Shown here piece after piece: positions 45,128-58,513 of a stretch of DNA of 58,513 nucleotides. This DNA is from Octopus bimaculoides (lineage: Eukaryota), in the NCBI RefSeq assembly GCF_001194135.2, contig NC_068985.1, forward strand, positions 96,023,419 to 96,081,931, given 5' to 3'. The stretch's first letter is position 1. Every line of letters starts with the position of its first letter. Made by a program: the position numbers and the translations under genes. The notes below the pieces were generated by a model. It was not told the origin of the DNA. It worked only from the letters and a program-made list of their open reading frames with translations, and ran no database searches.

Positions 45128-48029
45128 TCTTGGATTAGATGGTTCCATACCTTTCGTATTAGCAGTGGCATTCAGCCAGAGTGGGTCGAGCCAGCTCTGA
45201 CCAACGAGTTCACCATGTCCCCCATGAATGCAGACCACATCTGACATTCACCTCCTAATGTTCCAGCAGGCAATGTAATACTTCTGCCATGTCTTGTTGT
45301 TTTGTTCCACTAATACTGCTCAGCCATTCAACAGATATCTCTTTGGTACTTTATGACCAAATCAGCAACAGAACAGGATTAACTTGGCTTAAATTAACAA
45401 ATTAATCCACCCAAGATTTCTTCATTAATAAATTTTTTTCAAAATAACAAAAATAAAATAAAGACTAATTAACTTACTGAAAGGGAAAGAAATAAATAAC
45501 CAATATTAGTGAATCGCTAATACTATTTTAATTATAAGAACAGTCAGGAATGGCATGGTTGGAAAAATATTGCTTTGTGAGATTTCTGTACATTCATCAT
45601 TATCATCATTTTGTATCAGCTCTCCATGTTGGCATGGGTGTGATAGGTTTATAGAATCCAGTGGATCAGGGGACTATTTCTGGCCCCAGTCCTCTATTTT
45701 TAGAATTATTCCAACCTCTGGATGTTTATCTTATCACCAAAAATCCAGTTTGCAGAGCAAGCACCTTGGATAGTGCTGTAGCCGTAGTCATTGTTCATTG
45801 CTGAGGTGTAGGGGTTATGTTTGGAGTTCATGTTCTGATGGTTCCAGAGGACCCAGCTAGCCTAAGTGCTGGTCTCCGACGTCTGTTTTTTATAAAGTCT
45901 CTATGGTTCGATGCCCTTCCAAATGCCAACTCCTTTACAGTGTGTCCAAGGTGTTTCTTTCATGGTACCAACATTAAGTGGGGTCACCAGGTACCTTGCA
46001 AGACAAGACTTCTTGACCGAGTGGAGACGCAGTATTAAGGGAGGTGGGTCTTATGCCAGGTGTAGAACGGTTAAAGCATGATAGCGGGGACAGGGACATA
46101 TGTTGCTCTAGAGGAGGTACATGGGTTCTCGAACAGGAAAAGGGAGAAAGGATGGTGAAGATGAGATGTCAGGGCTTACCCTAAAGGTACAAGAAAGAGG
46201 ATAGAGAGATAATAGGGGTAGAGAATTGAAGATGGCTGGATGGATGGATGGATCGGTAGGTTTGTGAAAAGAGAACACAAATGAAGGTCATTCTGAAATT
46301 AAAAATGAGAGAGATAGCTTATGTGTAGTGGTGGTGGGAGATAACTGGGTAATAAGGTGCAAAGTTAAGTAGATGATGTGGACGGGGAGAGAGAGAGGGG
46401 TGNNNNNNNNNNATGTTATTCAGTTTAACTAAAACACCACTTTACCCAACATACCATAAATGATGTAGAAACTGGTACAACACATCTAAATTTGGGTGGA
46501 GTTTTTTAAACTGAAGGTCCACACCATCAATCTCTCAGTTATGTGTCAACTGATGAAAGTAATGGAAACTGGTGTGGGGATGGGCGAATGAAATATTTTA
46601 CTTCAACAAGTCTTATCTCAATCATACTTCAAACCTGTCATGTGGTGTCAGTTAATACCTTTCACTTTCGTTATCTTTTAAGACATAAGACATCTGATAC
46701 GTGTAGCATTGAAGACATAGCTTTACTTATACATTCACTGAAATACAATATTTATATAAAATAAACTCCAATCACTACGTACACACCCACATACATTCAT
46801 ATACATACATGCATATACGCAGACACATATATATGCAACACCACCACCATCACCACCAACATATAGTTGCTTCCCCATGTTGACCCGTCTGACCCATGCT
46901 AGCATGAAAAAACATGCATAGAATGATGGCAGTGTGTGTGTGTGTGTGTGTTCATATACAATACAGACAAAAATGCATGTATGTACACACATGTATACAC
47001 ATACATACAAATATGTTTAGAATATATGTGTCTATGTGTGCCATGCTTGCATATGTGCATATATGTGTATGGATGTGTGTATGGATGTGTGTATGGATGC
47101 ATATATATATTAGACTTGTGATTGTAAGATTGTGGTTTCAATTCCTGGAGTGGGTGGTGTGTTATTTTCTATAACAAAGCACTTTATTTCACAAAGCTCT
47201 AATAAAAGTTGGTAATCCTGCTCTGAACTGGAACCCTGTCCAGGGAGGAATGTATATTCTGGAGAAAACAGGAAACTAACCCCGTTCTCTTTGTAGAGTC
47301 ATGAGGACTAACCGTGTGTGTGTATATAGTGTGTGTGTATATATATATATATATCTGTGTATATATGTGTATATATATGTATGTGTGTGAATGTGTGTTT
47401 ATGTACGTATATATGTGTGTATGTATGTGTGTGTATGTATGTATGTATATATTGAGTGTGTGGTACATGTGAATGAAAATCGCAGTATTTGTAATCAATG
47501 CTAAGACAGTCGAAGCTGTACTCCCCCACTGACACCACTAATTACAAGCAGGTGGCTTACGAAGAAATTATTAAAAGTAACCTTAAACAAATAGAAGAAC
47601 AGACTATTAAGAGTTTATATACACCACACCTTTTATGAGGGTGTGGTGGAGGCCATTGATAATTGATAATCTAAATTGGTCCAGGACTGAAAGAAACGAG
47701 AAGACGATGGAAAGATAATAGCAGAGACAAGAAAGTACGTACCTTGTTTGTGACGCTGGGAGGTTATTAGGAGAGGAACATGGAAGAGAACAATGAAATA
47801 CTGTATAAGACCAGTCATTTTTATAAAGACTGTCTGAGCTGTTGGGATTGATTTGACCAAAAGGCAGTGTGACAGTTGGACACAAACTGGCTTGGTAAAT
47901 GGAATAAATGGATTAGTATTTATTATGCAAAGTTTTACTTCGTGCTTTGTGAAGCTAGGGAGGTCATTAAAAACACACTTGTTTTAGTATCTTTAAAGAA
48001 CCATTTTAACGAATTCGGCATGAAGCAGG

Positions 48030-48270
48030 GCTCTGTGTGTGTGTGTGTGTGTGTGTTTTGGAGACATTGTTTCACTGAGTGTAATGTTTTAAGATTGTGT
48101 GTGTGTGTGTGTGTCTACACCTGAATGTGTGTATGCATGTGTGTGTGTGTATGCTAGTGTGTATATCTTTGTGTTGAGTAAGCTGTTTTGTTGAACGCAA
48201 GATTCGAATGTGTGTGTGTGTATCTCTGAGTGTGCTGAGGACATTGTTTTACTGAATACAAGATTTGAAG

Positions 48271-48350
<80 letters not shown>

Positions 48351-48450
48351 CTCTGTGTGCTGAGGACGTTTTACTGAATACAAGATTTTAAGGAGTGTGT
48401 GTGTCTGTAAACCCATGTGTGCTTATTGGGAATACTGTTTCACTGGGTAC
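48030..48450. repeat. Composite tandem repeat: ~45-bp core alternating with variable (GT)n
   Basis: About five diverged units of gaggacattgttttactgaatacaagatttgaaga+(GT)n. Confidence 0.7.
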
Positions 48451-48984
48451 AAATTTAATCTTTTTCGATAAGTTCTTTGTTAGGGAAGCTTAATATTTCT
48501 GAGGCTTTAGTATTTCAAAATTAAGATAAGATCAAAAATGTCTATGTTGTATTTTTGTAAAAACAAACAAAAAACCCCTATAGCTGTAATGTAGGGCAGA
48601 TGAAACAAGATGTAAATTTAAAGAAAGGCCTCTACGATGATAACACACCCTTCTTTAGACGACCATTTAGATCAGTGGGGAGGAAGAGTTTATTTATCCA
48701 GATGACACCACACTACATTCTGACCTCCTCTGTTTACTCTGACATCATCTGGACTCCTCAGCAGATGTGAATCAACTTCTGTGAATAGAGAGAGAGAGAA
48801 AAACTTCAGAATCGTTTAACAATGGGGACATGTTAAACTACTTTCGTTTGATGACACTAAAACAGATACATGTCAAAATTACATGGTTTACTGTGAGTTT
48901 ATGAGGGTTCCTTGTATGTGACTGTTTGATATGCTAGAAAAGCTACTAAGTCTCTCTCAAATACACTTTAGCTACTTAGTGTTG

Positions 48985-49497
48985 TGGAAGGATCCTGACC
49001 ACCCCCACGTGACTGAAAGTCTGTGATGGCACCTGTATCAGTAGATCACTAAGAGCACCGTCTGAGCATGAGTGTTGCCAGAGCACCAGCTGTCTGACTT
49101 CCGTGCCAGTGGCGCGTAAATAGCACCATTTGAGCGTGATCGTTACCAACGTCGCTTTCCTGGCACTTGTGCCAGTGGCACGTGAAAAGACATTTGAGCG
49201 AGTTCGTTGCCAGTACCGCTGGACTGGCTCTTGTGCAGATTGCACGTAAAATACACCATTTTGATTGTGGCCGTTGCCAGTACCGCCTGACTGGACTTCG
49301 TACTGGTGGCACATAAAAGCACCCACTACACTCTCGGAGTGTTTGGCGTTAGGAAGGGCATCCGGCTGTAGAAACTCTGCCAAATCAGATTGAAGCCTGG
49401 TGCAGCCATCTGGTTCACCAGTCCTCAGTCAAATCGTCTAACCCATGCTAGCATGGAAAGTGGACGTTAAACGATGATGATGATGATGATGATGATG
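48985..49497 (+). mobile_element. Family E retroelement with internal ~60-bp tandem subunits and (GAT)n tail
   Basis: Repeated gagcgtgatcgttacc...gccagtggcacgt units, then the family E 3' end. Confidence 0.75.
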
Positions 49498-49699
49498 AAA
49501 GAAAGTGGTGAACTGTCTGTAGTTGACAGGGCTGATCGTCCATATTGGTAACTGAGTTAGTTTAATATTGTAATTCCATTTGGAGTAGTATGGAATGCAT
49601 TCTGGGTGAACATATTAATTCTGCAATAGGTTATTCCAGATAACCATATCCAAATGTTCATTTGGGCAATACTATTCTTACACCTGACGTGCACGACTC

Positions 49700-50030
49700 G
49701 TGTCATAACACTTAGTTCCCTCTGTGCTATGAGGTACATAAGACCACGACATGATTTCTCCAGCCAGTTCTGTTTTTCTGCCATTGTTCTTGGTCTCTTT
49801 TTAACTTCTCCACCCTTCTCATCTCCTTTCCTTTTGTCAATGGTCCTTCACCATGAGGTTTTAGGGTGCCCCGCTGCTCTTTTCCCCCTCAGGATGCCAC
49901 TTTAGTGCCACCATACAATTGCTTTCTTGATGTTGTCCGAGGATGTTGTCTGATCCAGTTCCAGTGTCTGCATCTTATTTCGGCTCTGATTCTGTTGATG
50001 TCGTCTCAGTTGTGTCATACGCTTTTTACA
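49700..50030 (-). pseudogene. RTE-like LINE ORF2 C-terminal fragment
   Basis: Minus frames give IRAEIRCRHWNWI... and AEKQNWLEKSCRGL, resembling RTE RRW.WIGH and A.DR..WR..V.GL. The frames are broken. Confidence 0.45.
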
Positions 50031-50677
50031 ATCTTAAAAAGACATCATGAATAATTCTGGCTTAAATATACAGAGTAAAAAGAAAAAAAAAAGCTGATCA
50101 TGACTGGGATATCTGTGACTATACTGGATCAAGACTGACCTAGGGCTAAACAACCACATGCTTCATCATATTTTCTTTTCAAGATTTATTCTGGTGTCGC
50201 ACACAATGCTTTGTGTTTATTCTGGTGCTTTATATTCTGAGATCAAATCTCGTCAATGTTAGCTTTGTCTTTCATCCTCCTGGGGTCCATAAAATAAAGT
50301 ACCAATCAAGTACTGAGAGTCAATGAAATCAGTTAATCCTCGCCCCCCCCCACTAATATTGCTGGCCTTGTGCCAAAATTTGCCACCCTCATCCAGGATA
50401 TTATTTTAAAGTTTCTTGGCTCATTGTATCGGATATGCCTGTAGCCCCTTGAATTCAACACCTCAATATCCTAGAGGAATAAACTCATAACATATTGGAC
50501 TGGACCTTTTTTTGCTTAGCCAAAGGCCATGAGTTCAAATCTACTTCAGGTAAATTTATTGCATTTCTGGTCTCAAGATACTTTATCCTACATTAACTAC
50601 TGTTCAACGATTATCAGAAACATGTAGCAGACCAGCTGAGGAGTATTTTGTTTGTTATGGTTTAGACCCCACCACAT

Positions 50678-50715
<38 letters not shown>

Positions 50716-52224
50716 GGGCTGATTTGATTCATTAAACTTTGAAGGAAGTGCTCCAGCCTGACCACAGTCCAATAACTAAAACAAGATATTTTAATAATTA
50801 CCTCCGGATTTTAATTTTCGAAAGTAATTAACACACACAAGCAGGTTAATTAGTTAAAAATATGGTAATGAATAGGTTAACCAGAGGAGGGTGCATGGGA
50901 AGTGTGTGCATTCATGCCTGTCGTGGAAACATTGTTTCATGGTGTGTGTATCTTATCTTCTGTTTGTTTCTGTCACTGAGCTGCAGCCATGCTGGGGCAC
51001 CACCTTGAAAGCTTAAGTCAAGCAAATCAACCCTTGCCAAACTACCAAGCCATGGGGTTGCAAACAAACCAACGCTGGCTGTCAAGTGATGGTGGGTGGG
51101 TTGGGGGTTACAAAGACAAACACATACATACATACTTATATATATATATATATGTACAGGTGTGCTGTGTGGTAAGAAGCTTGCTTCTCAACCACATGGT
51201 TCTGGGTTCAGTCCAACTGTGTGGCTTGAGAGAAGCTGATAAAGCCAGGGGCCACATCAGGTTCCATAGTCTGTTTTGATTTGGCTTGTACAGTTGGGGA
51301 CCCTTCTTATTGCCAGCCACTTTACAGAGTTTTCTGGGTGCATTTTATGTGACGCCAGCACCAGTGGGTTTTTACGTGGCACAAGCCCCAACATCATCAA
51401 GTAACTTGCAAGAAGAAAAAAAAAACCCCCAAAACCCCTAAAATGATTCTGGTCCTTTGTGCAATTTCCAATGCTGGTGGATGAAAAAGAAGGAACCCCC
51501 TTCTCAAAGGTTGGTGTAGTTTGAAGCAGTATACCATGAAAACGAAGTTATTTTCAATGTAGAAACCTGGTTTTGAATGGTTGTATTGGAGTGGATGTTG
51601 TTAAAAGAAGCCAAAGGCCAGGTGCTGGTGCATCCAATAAACAGACAACCAAACTCTCCAGGAAGAGATTTCTCTCTCGTCCACAACTTAATACCATCAA
51701 ACTAGACTTAAGCACCAACTGTTAAACTCTCCCCGTGGCTGTTTAGGAAGCATTTTACTTATATTTTTTCTCACATCTAAACACGTTTGCTTCAACTTCC
51801 TTATTTACACACACCAAGCAGACGTTAGATGACCATTATGATGATGATGATGATGATGACCACCATCACCAATAGATTGTCTGACTGTCTCTCTAAAGCG
51901 AGGAAATTTGACATTTATTTCATTTTTTCTTTTTCTTCTATAATCCTGCTTTACTTTATATCACATCTTCACACAGCACATATATTGGCCAGTGGGGGGT
52001 GGTTAAATAGGGTTTGAGACATTTTGGTGCTGCCTGTCTGGCATTGCTCATTCAACACCGACTTAATTGGCATCATTCGTTTTGGTGTCTCTCTTGTTCT
52101 CTCTCTCTCTGAGCATCTAATTAGGTTTCTCACTCACTCCCTCTCTCTTTCTTTCTTTGTTTCTCTCTCCTTCTCTCTCTCACTCTTCTTCGTTCTTTCT
52201 TTCTCTCTGTATATCTTTTACTGT

Positions 52225-52585
52225 TTTACTTGTTTCAATCATTAGACTGTGGCCATGTTGGGGCACCCCCTTGAAGAATTTTTAGTTGAATGAATCAACC
52301 CCACTAACTATTTTTTTCTCTTAGGCCTGGTACTTATTCTATCGGTCTCCATTTGCTGAACTACTAGGTTACAGGGATGTAAACACACCAACACTGGTTG
52401 TCAAGTAGTCGTTGGGACAAAAACACACACACACAAAGAATGGGCTTTTTTTTAGTTTCCGACTCCCAAATCCATTCACAAGGCTTTGGTTGGGTTGAGG
52501 CTAGAGTAGAAGACAATGGCCCAAGGTGTCACACGGTGGGACTGAACCGGGAACCATGTGGTTAGTAAGTAAGCTACTTACCACA
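52225..52585 (-). mobile_element. SINE family A
   Basis: Reverse-complement copy. Confidence 0.7.
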
Positions 52586-52854
52586 CAGCAACATCTACAT
52601 CTACATGCACATTTTGCAAGCACTTCTGTATGTGTTTGCCTTCTGCACATAGAAGAAATATTTCTGTGCAGTGAATCTACATTGACTGAAAGTCCAGCCA
52701 TGACCAGTCCATCTTTTCTAACAATTTGCATTCAGGGCTACTTTAACGGGTACATTCCTCCATTTTTAAGGTTTTTACTTTTCAATTTAATTTTTTCTTT
52801 TTCTTTTAGTTGAGCTCTAGGACTCATAAGATCATCAGAATATGACAATTAAAC

Positions 52855-53130
52855 ATCATCATCATCGTCGTTTAATGTCCATTTTCCATGCTAGCATGGG
52901 TTGGACGATTTCACCGAGGACTGGCAAGCCAGAAGGCTGCACCAGGCTCCAATCTGATCTAGCAAGGTTTCTACAGCTGGATGCCCTTCCTCACGCCAAC
53001 CACTCCGAGAGTGAAGTGGATGTCTTTTATGTGCCACCGGCATGAGGGCCAGTCAGGTGGTACTGGCATCGACCACATTCAGATGGTGCTTTTTAGGTGT
53101 CACTGGCACAGGAGCCAATCAGGTGGCACT
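52855..53130 (-). mobile_element. Family E short retroelement
   Basis: catcatcatcatcgtcgtttaatgtcc...ccatgctagcatggg... Confidence 0.75.
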
Positions 53131-54336
53131 ATAACATCCACCAATAATCCTTCCTGCAATAGGCACAAGGCCTGGAATTTTGTGGTGGAGGCTTGTAGAT
53201 TCCACCAACCCCAATACTCAACTGGTACTTATTTCATAGGTCCCCGAGAGGAGATTTCTTCCAGGTCTTTACTTTCTGAGAGTTGGCAATGTAATTGAAA
53301 GGAATTGAGAAGTGTGAGCTTTCAGAGGAAGCCAGGACTGTGATTCATTCTTAGAGTTTGACCTTGATTAAGCAGATTTATGATTGAACGTTCCAGCTGT
53401 GGCCAGCCCCACTTCTTTCTCGGGCAATGCATCCAGGGCTGCATTGATTAATATGTCTCTCACAAAAAACTTAGTTCAGATCTGGGCATGAATCCTGCCA
53501 TGGTCAACTTTGCCTTCTACTCTTTCAGGGTTGATGAAATAAATACCAGTCATGTTCTAGGGTTGATATAATCAACTTTCCCCTCCCCGTCAAGAGTGTA
53601 TGTTTTGTGTCAAAATAGCAGCAGTAATAATAATTCTTTTTAAAGGAAGTGGATTTGTAGAATTATCAGAACAAAATGGCAATTGGTATTTGTTCCAGTC
53701 CTTACTGTTTTGAGTTCAAATCTTGCTGAGATTGATAAAGCATCAGTCCCCTTAGGGGTCAATAAAATAACATTGTCAGTGAAGTTCTGTTATCGACTAA
53801 CCACCTTACTTTAATACATTATTATGATGATGATATGTGTGTGTGTGTGTGTGTATTTGTTTGTTCCCCACCGATGCTGGTGTGTTTATGTCACCATAGC
53901 TTAGCGGTTCAGCAAAAGAGACCGACAGAATAAGTACTAGGCTTACAAAGAATAAGTCCTGCGGTTGATTTCTTCGACTAACACCGTTTGAGGTGGTGCT
54001 CCAGCATGGCCACAGTCAAATGACTGAAACGAAAAAAGAAAGAAAAGCCATTATCTAACTTGATTAGATATCACACCTGACCCTTTAGTAAATGTTGCTA
54101 CAGGTGTTTGAGCAAGATACTTCACTCAACTTTCCTCCTATGGCTTCATTAATCTAATTACAGTTCTGGAGATAGAATAAATAACAAGAGAACAGTGACA
54201 GATAAGAAAGATGTTTGAACCCTGTTCTACAATGGTTCTGTATGAAAGCACTGGATGACAGTGCTGGCTTCAGTGTAAATATTATGGTGCGATAATCTCT
54301 GTTGAAATACACATGATTGTTAGCACTGATGCAGGC

Positions 54337-54369
<33 letters not shown>

Positions 54370-55859
54370 TGGTTGAAATATGACCATTCATGCCACCACC
54401 ACCACTGCTGCCACTGCCACGGCTCCCACTTCCAGCTCCCTAACCACCACGCCTTCTCAAAAAGAGTAATCAAGTACAAAATTTAGGATGTAATACTATT
54501 GAGTATTTCAGACTAATCAGGGAGAAAGACAAAGTAAACAATGTTGTCTGTTGCAGGCACTGCTGGGCTCTGTGTTGGCGACATATCATTTCCCTGCAAT
54601 GTACTGTTTTAGGACAGTTAACCAATAGGTCAGTCAGTTCATTTAAAGGGACTTGTACAAAAGGAGTCAAAGAAACAACAAGTGAAATGTCAGGTTGAGT
54701 TACTTATTAGCTAGACAGTGTGACAATGTTATTTAGACAAAGCAGGCAGGGGGTATTTGTTTGGAGTATTTTAGAATAATTGTTAGGGGAGTGTATGTTT
54801 ATAGCAGACATGCTGTAGGCGGGGGGGGGGGGCATTTGTCTGCCATTCAGAGTTTTCGCCCCTTCTTTTATAGAATCTAGACTATTGATATTTTTGAAAG
54901 TGTCTGCAACATAATTATTTTCTCTGCCTAAGCCTGATGGATTACCTGAGAAGAAGATTAAAGGAATAACCTGAGAGAGTTAGTTGTACCTGTGTATATA
55001 ACCAACCAATGTCTGCTTTATGGCATTCTGGACATAAAGGGAAATTTTCATTAAAAATAGATTCAGCTTGATCTTTGTAATCATAAGAAAGCGAGACAGG
55101 TTGTAAATAAATGATAATGGTTTTATGACACAAACGAACTCAAAGCAAGATCAAAGCGTTTAAACATTGGAAATCACAGCTAGAGGTGAAACTGCAAAGT
55201 AGATTACAGAAGCGAAAATGGTTCAGTAGTGAACATGAAAAGCTATATACATATATATACATACATACACACACTTATTTATATATATATATGTAAGCAA
55301 CAGATGACTGAAAGGAGAGGTGAATGAGAGCAAATGCTGCATTGAGACACGTTCTCTTCTCTGTACCAGAGTAGACTTGCTATTAAATAAGTAGAGCTGC
55401 ATCGTATTGTTTATTTAGATGCAGCCGAATCTCTTTCTCAGACTCTTAACTTTTAAGTGCTACATTCCATTCACATCGTAGAAGTGAATATGATAACAAC
55501 ATATTAAATGTTTCAGAAGAAATCCACTCTGCACATTCTCAGAGTAAAGGATTCTCAGATACAAAGGAAAATAAGCTTGAAAGATGCTGCAAACGGCCAG
55601 GTACCATTTGGGTCTTGAGGCTTCGCTTTTGATTGAGAACACAAGAAGTGAAGTTCGTATCAAGCTGAAAAAGAGAAGCTGGGTATTGAACCTGCACATC
55701 CATTTCCTTACATTCATAGTAGTAGATTCCTAAAAATAGATTCTTCGATTTGCACGAGCTCACAGCTGATAGAATATGGCAGAACTAATTTACTGTCTAT
55801 TTGATAATTAAAATTTTTTTTTTTTTTATACCTGTAGCATTATATTATGATAATAATAA

Positions 55860-56310
55860 TCTTTTCTACTATAGGCACAAATCCTGATATTTGGGGGGAG
55901 GGGGCAAGTCGATCTCATTTACCTCAGTATGCAACTGGTACTTAATTTATTGACCCCAAAAGGATGAAAGGCAAAGTCGACCTCAGCAAAATTTGAACTC
56001 AGAATGTAGCAACAGGCAAAATAACGCTAATTATTTTGTCCAGTGTGCTAACGATTCTGCCAGTTCACCACTTGAGTGATAATAATAATAATAATAATTC
56101 TTTTTACTGGAAGCACAAGGCCTGAAATTTTGGGGAAGGGATTAAGTCAATTACATCGACCCCAGTGTGTAACTGGTACTTATTTAATTGACCCTGAAAA
56201 GATAAAAGGCAAAGTGAACCTCGGTGGAATTTGAACTCAGAATGTAGTGACAGATGAAGTACTGCTAAGCATGTTGCCTGGCGTGTTAATGATTCTGCCA
56301 GCTTGACCCC
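55860..56310 (-). mobile_element. Two head-to-tail SINE family B copies
   Basis: Two successive blocks ggcacaa...aaaggcaaagt...gaactcagaatg...gattctgccag, each preceded by (AAT)n. Confidence 0.75.
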
Positions 56311-57114
56311 TTAATGACAATGACAATGATTTTTTTCTGTTGACAATGATATGGGAGAAGACAGTGGCGGGGGGGGCACAGTGTGTCCAGCTGTGGTCAA
56401 TCAGTCAGATGCCTGCTTAGAAGGCTCTGCTGCAGGTTGGTGGGCACTTGTGGCCTACTGGGACTGAATGCAAGGAGTTGGCTCTGTTTTCTTTGTGTCC
56501 CTGGGACCCTGTTCTGTTCGTAGGAAGTGGCACCTCTGTTGGTACAGCTTTGCATTATATAAGATGGTGAAGACCAACAAATAGTTTGTAGTTATTATTA
56601 TTCTAAATGCAATATTGAATACATAACATATTGTCTTGAGGTTATCAAGCACTGGTAACCTTTGTGCAGTTGCTCAACAAGCTAGTAATAGCAGCCAAAT
56701 TCCTTGAAATCACACGCTATCATCTTAAAAAAAGAAAACACACAGTGGATAATGTACTTCTAGATATATACATGCAAAGAAGATAGAATGGTCATGACTG
56801 ATACAACTTTGATTCATAGGTTTTCTCATTCAGAGCAGACCTGGGGTTAAATTAGCATTTCATGCTTCTTTTTTTTTTTTTTCTTTTTTTTTTTTTCTTG
56901 TGTGTGGTGTAATAAATATTGGATTTTTTAAAGCTTTTGGCTTAACAAACAATAATTCAAAAATGAAGGGAAAAAAAAAATATTTAATTTATTTTCCTTA
57001 TTTAAATAAATCATTAACGGAAACATTTAGAATTTATTTTCCTCTAGAATTACAGTTTGTAATATTTTCTGTTCTGAAGTCAAGAAAACTGACTGTGTGT
57101 GTGTGTGTGTGTGA

Positions 57115-57320
57115 GAGAGAAAGATAGTGAAAGAGTGAGTGAGTGAAAGAGTGAGTGAGTGAGTATGTGAGTGAAAGAGAGAGAGTGAGTATGTGAGTGA
57201 AAGAGAGAGTGAGTATGTGAGTGAAAGAGAGAGAGAGTGAGTATGTGAGTGAAAGAGAGAGAGTGAGTATGTGAGTGAAAGAGAGAGAGTGTGTGAGTGA
57301 GAGTGAGTGAGTGGAAGAGA
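57115..57320. repeat. GA-rich minisatellite, unit ~gagtgagtatgtgagtgaaagaga(ga)n, ~5 copies
   Basis: Direct reading. Confidence 0.85.
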
Positions 57321-58059
57321 GAGAGCAAGCAAAAACAAACAAAAAAACTTGTAATTCTTGTTTAACACAAAATCACTGGAATTGTTTTTCTGCTAAGAAA
57401 TCTGCTGCTATTTAAAGAGGAAGTGAAGAAAATTGGCTCAAGAATCATTCTTAAACACCTGCAACAGATATAAAAGAAACCAAAGTTTTGTTAAGTAGAC
57501 ATTTTAATTGGCATCACATATTAATGAAAATACAGATTAATTTCTTTAATTAGTAAATATCACAAATAGGGGATTCTTATTAGCACAGCATTTAGTTGTT
57601 TAGCCGTGCTAAGACCTTTCCCTCTTCGTGTATGTCTGTGGCAGCTGTCTCTTTGTTAGAACTCAAGCTGGTTAGTAAAATAGGGGATAGGTGAAATACC
57701 AAAGAGTGTCTAAACATTTGTAATTTTTGGGGGTCGAAAGCAAAAAATAATAATAAATAAGGAGCAGAAATTTACTTTCTTATCAATCATAAAACTTAAG
57801 AACGCTACCAGGCAAAGTGACTGAGTCCCTTTCGAGCGTTGGGAGGCAATGACCAAGACCTTTGGCATTATGTCATGCTTAGGTGTTTCACTCATAAACA
57901 CACACATTGTCCAATCTGAGATTCGAACCTGCAATCTCTTGACCACGAGTCCGCTGCTCTAACCACTTGGCCACATGGCTCCACTTATTGATGTTGTAAA
58001 GATGAAAAGCAAAGTTATTCCAATGAAATAATAAAGAACTTATTATATACAATGCTCAA

Positions 58060-58440
58060 ATGCACTACAACTCATCAGAAAGAGTAGCCAAATGTACCCA
58101 TGAACATTACATAGAATAATACACAGGAAGTGATCAGTGAATGAGTTGTTAAAAAACTAAAAAGGTTGAGGGGGACATCAGGTGTACTTTTGGAGAATTT
58201 CAGGAAGCTTGGAAGTTTTTGGAGGATGTAGTGTCCCAACAGCTAACAAGTGATGTGGGTGGTTTGTTCCATGTTTCGGTAATTCTGAGCATGAAACAAT
58301 GTTTCTGAAACTCATGGGTGTTGTGTTTTTTTTTCCATTTTCCTATTTTTGATTTTGTCCATGAGTGTTAGACGTATGGAATTCAAAAAGGGGTCCAAGG
58401 TTGTCGTTGGAAAGATGGTGGAAAGTCTTGTGGGTGCCTA
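58060..58440 (-). pseudogene. Possible CR1/L2-type LINE 3' fragment
   Basis: Minus-strand PTSLVSCWDTTSS weakly resembles the FFP....WN.LP motif. Confidence 0.3.
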
Positions 58441-58513
58441 CCAAGTCAGTTGATACTATTGGCCAGAGGGCTTGACTTGTACTTTGCTTTTCATCCTTTC
58501 AGGGTCAATTAAA

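Noticed and set aside
44828-45244. 138-aa plus-strand ORF
   Set aside because: It has no domain features, starts at a non-ATG codon and overlaps the palindrome and a retroelement fragment.
48690-48778. Minus-strand exon-like segment (EVDSHLLRSPDDVRVNRGGQNVVWCHLDK*)
   Set aside because: The acceptor is good and it looks superficially like an Ig A-B strand, but the frame stops after about 30 codons with no convincing donor.
1-58513. tRNA genes, rRNA or CRISPR arrays
   Set aside because: All tRNA-like segments are SINE heads continuing into shared bodies. No rRNA similarity and no repeat-spacer array was seen.

Overview
This is eukaryotic, AT-rich, repeat-saturated draft scaffold DNA with 11 N-gaps. 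The SINE and microsatellite landscape looks like an octopod cephalopod genome, but that is my recollection, not a search result. I could reconstruct one host gene, on the minus strand: seven phase-consistent GT-AG exons (43021-42665, 41468-41124, 40350-40315, 39447-39292, 37906-37885, 36069-36021, 34782-34648). They encode about 366 aa of a type-I membrane protein: two Ig-like domains, a stalk, a TM helix and a cytoplasmic tail ending STNV. Its signal-peptide exon(s) were not found. Most of the rest is mobile DNA. It includes many SINE copies, decayed RTE-type LINE fragments, a Penelope-like terminus with a degenerate hammerhead core, a hAT transposase remnant, a hAT MITE, a solo LTR and a triple piggyBac-like MITE. 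The most unusual element is a four-copy TIR family with GGATC termini and 8-bp TSDs, whose centre carries telomeric TTAGGG repeats. In two copies these form a (CCCTAA)n(TTAGGG)n palindrome bounded by TTAA. Nearly all other ORFs in the supplied track are microsatellite or N-gap artefacts. SINE and LINE boundaries are approximate (about +/-20 bp).
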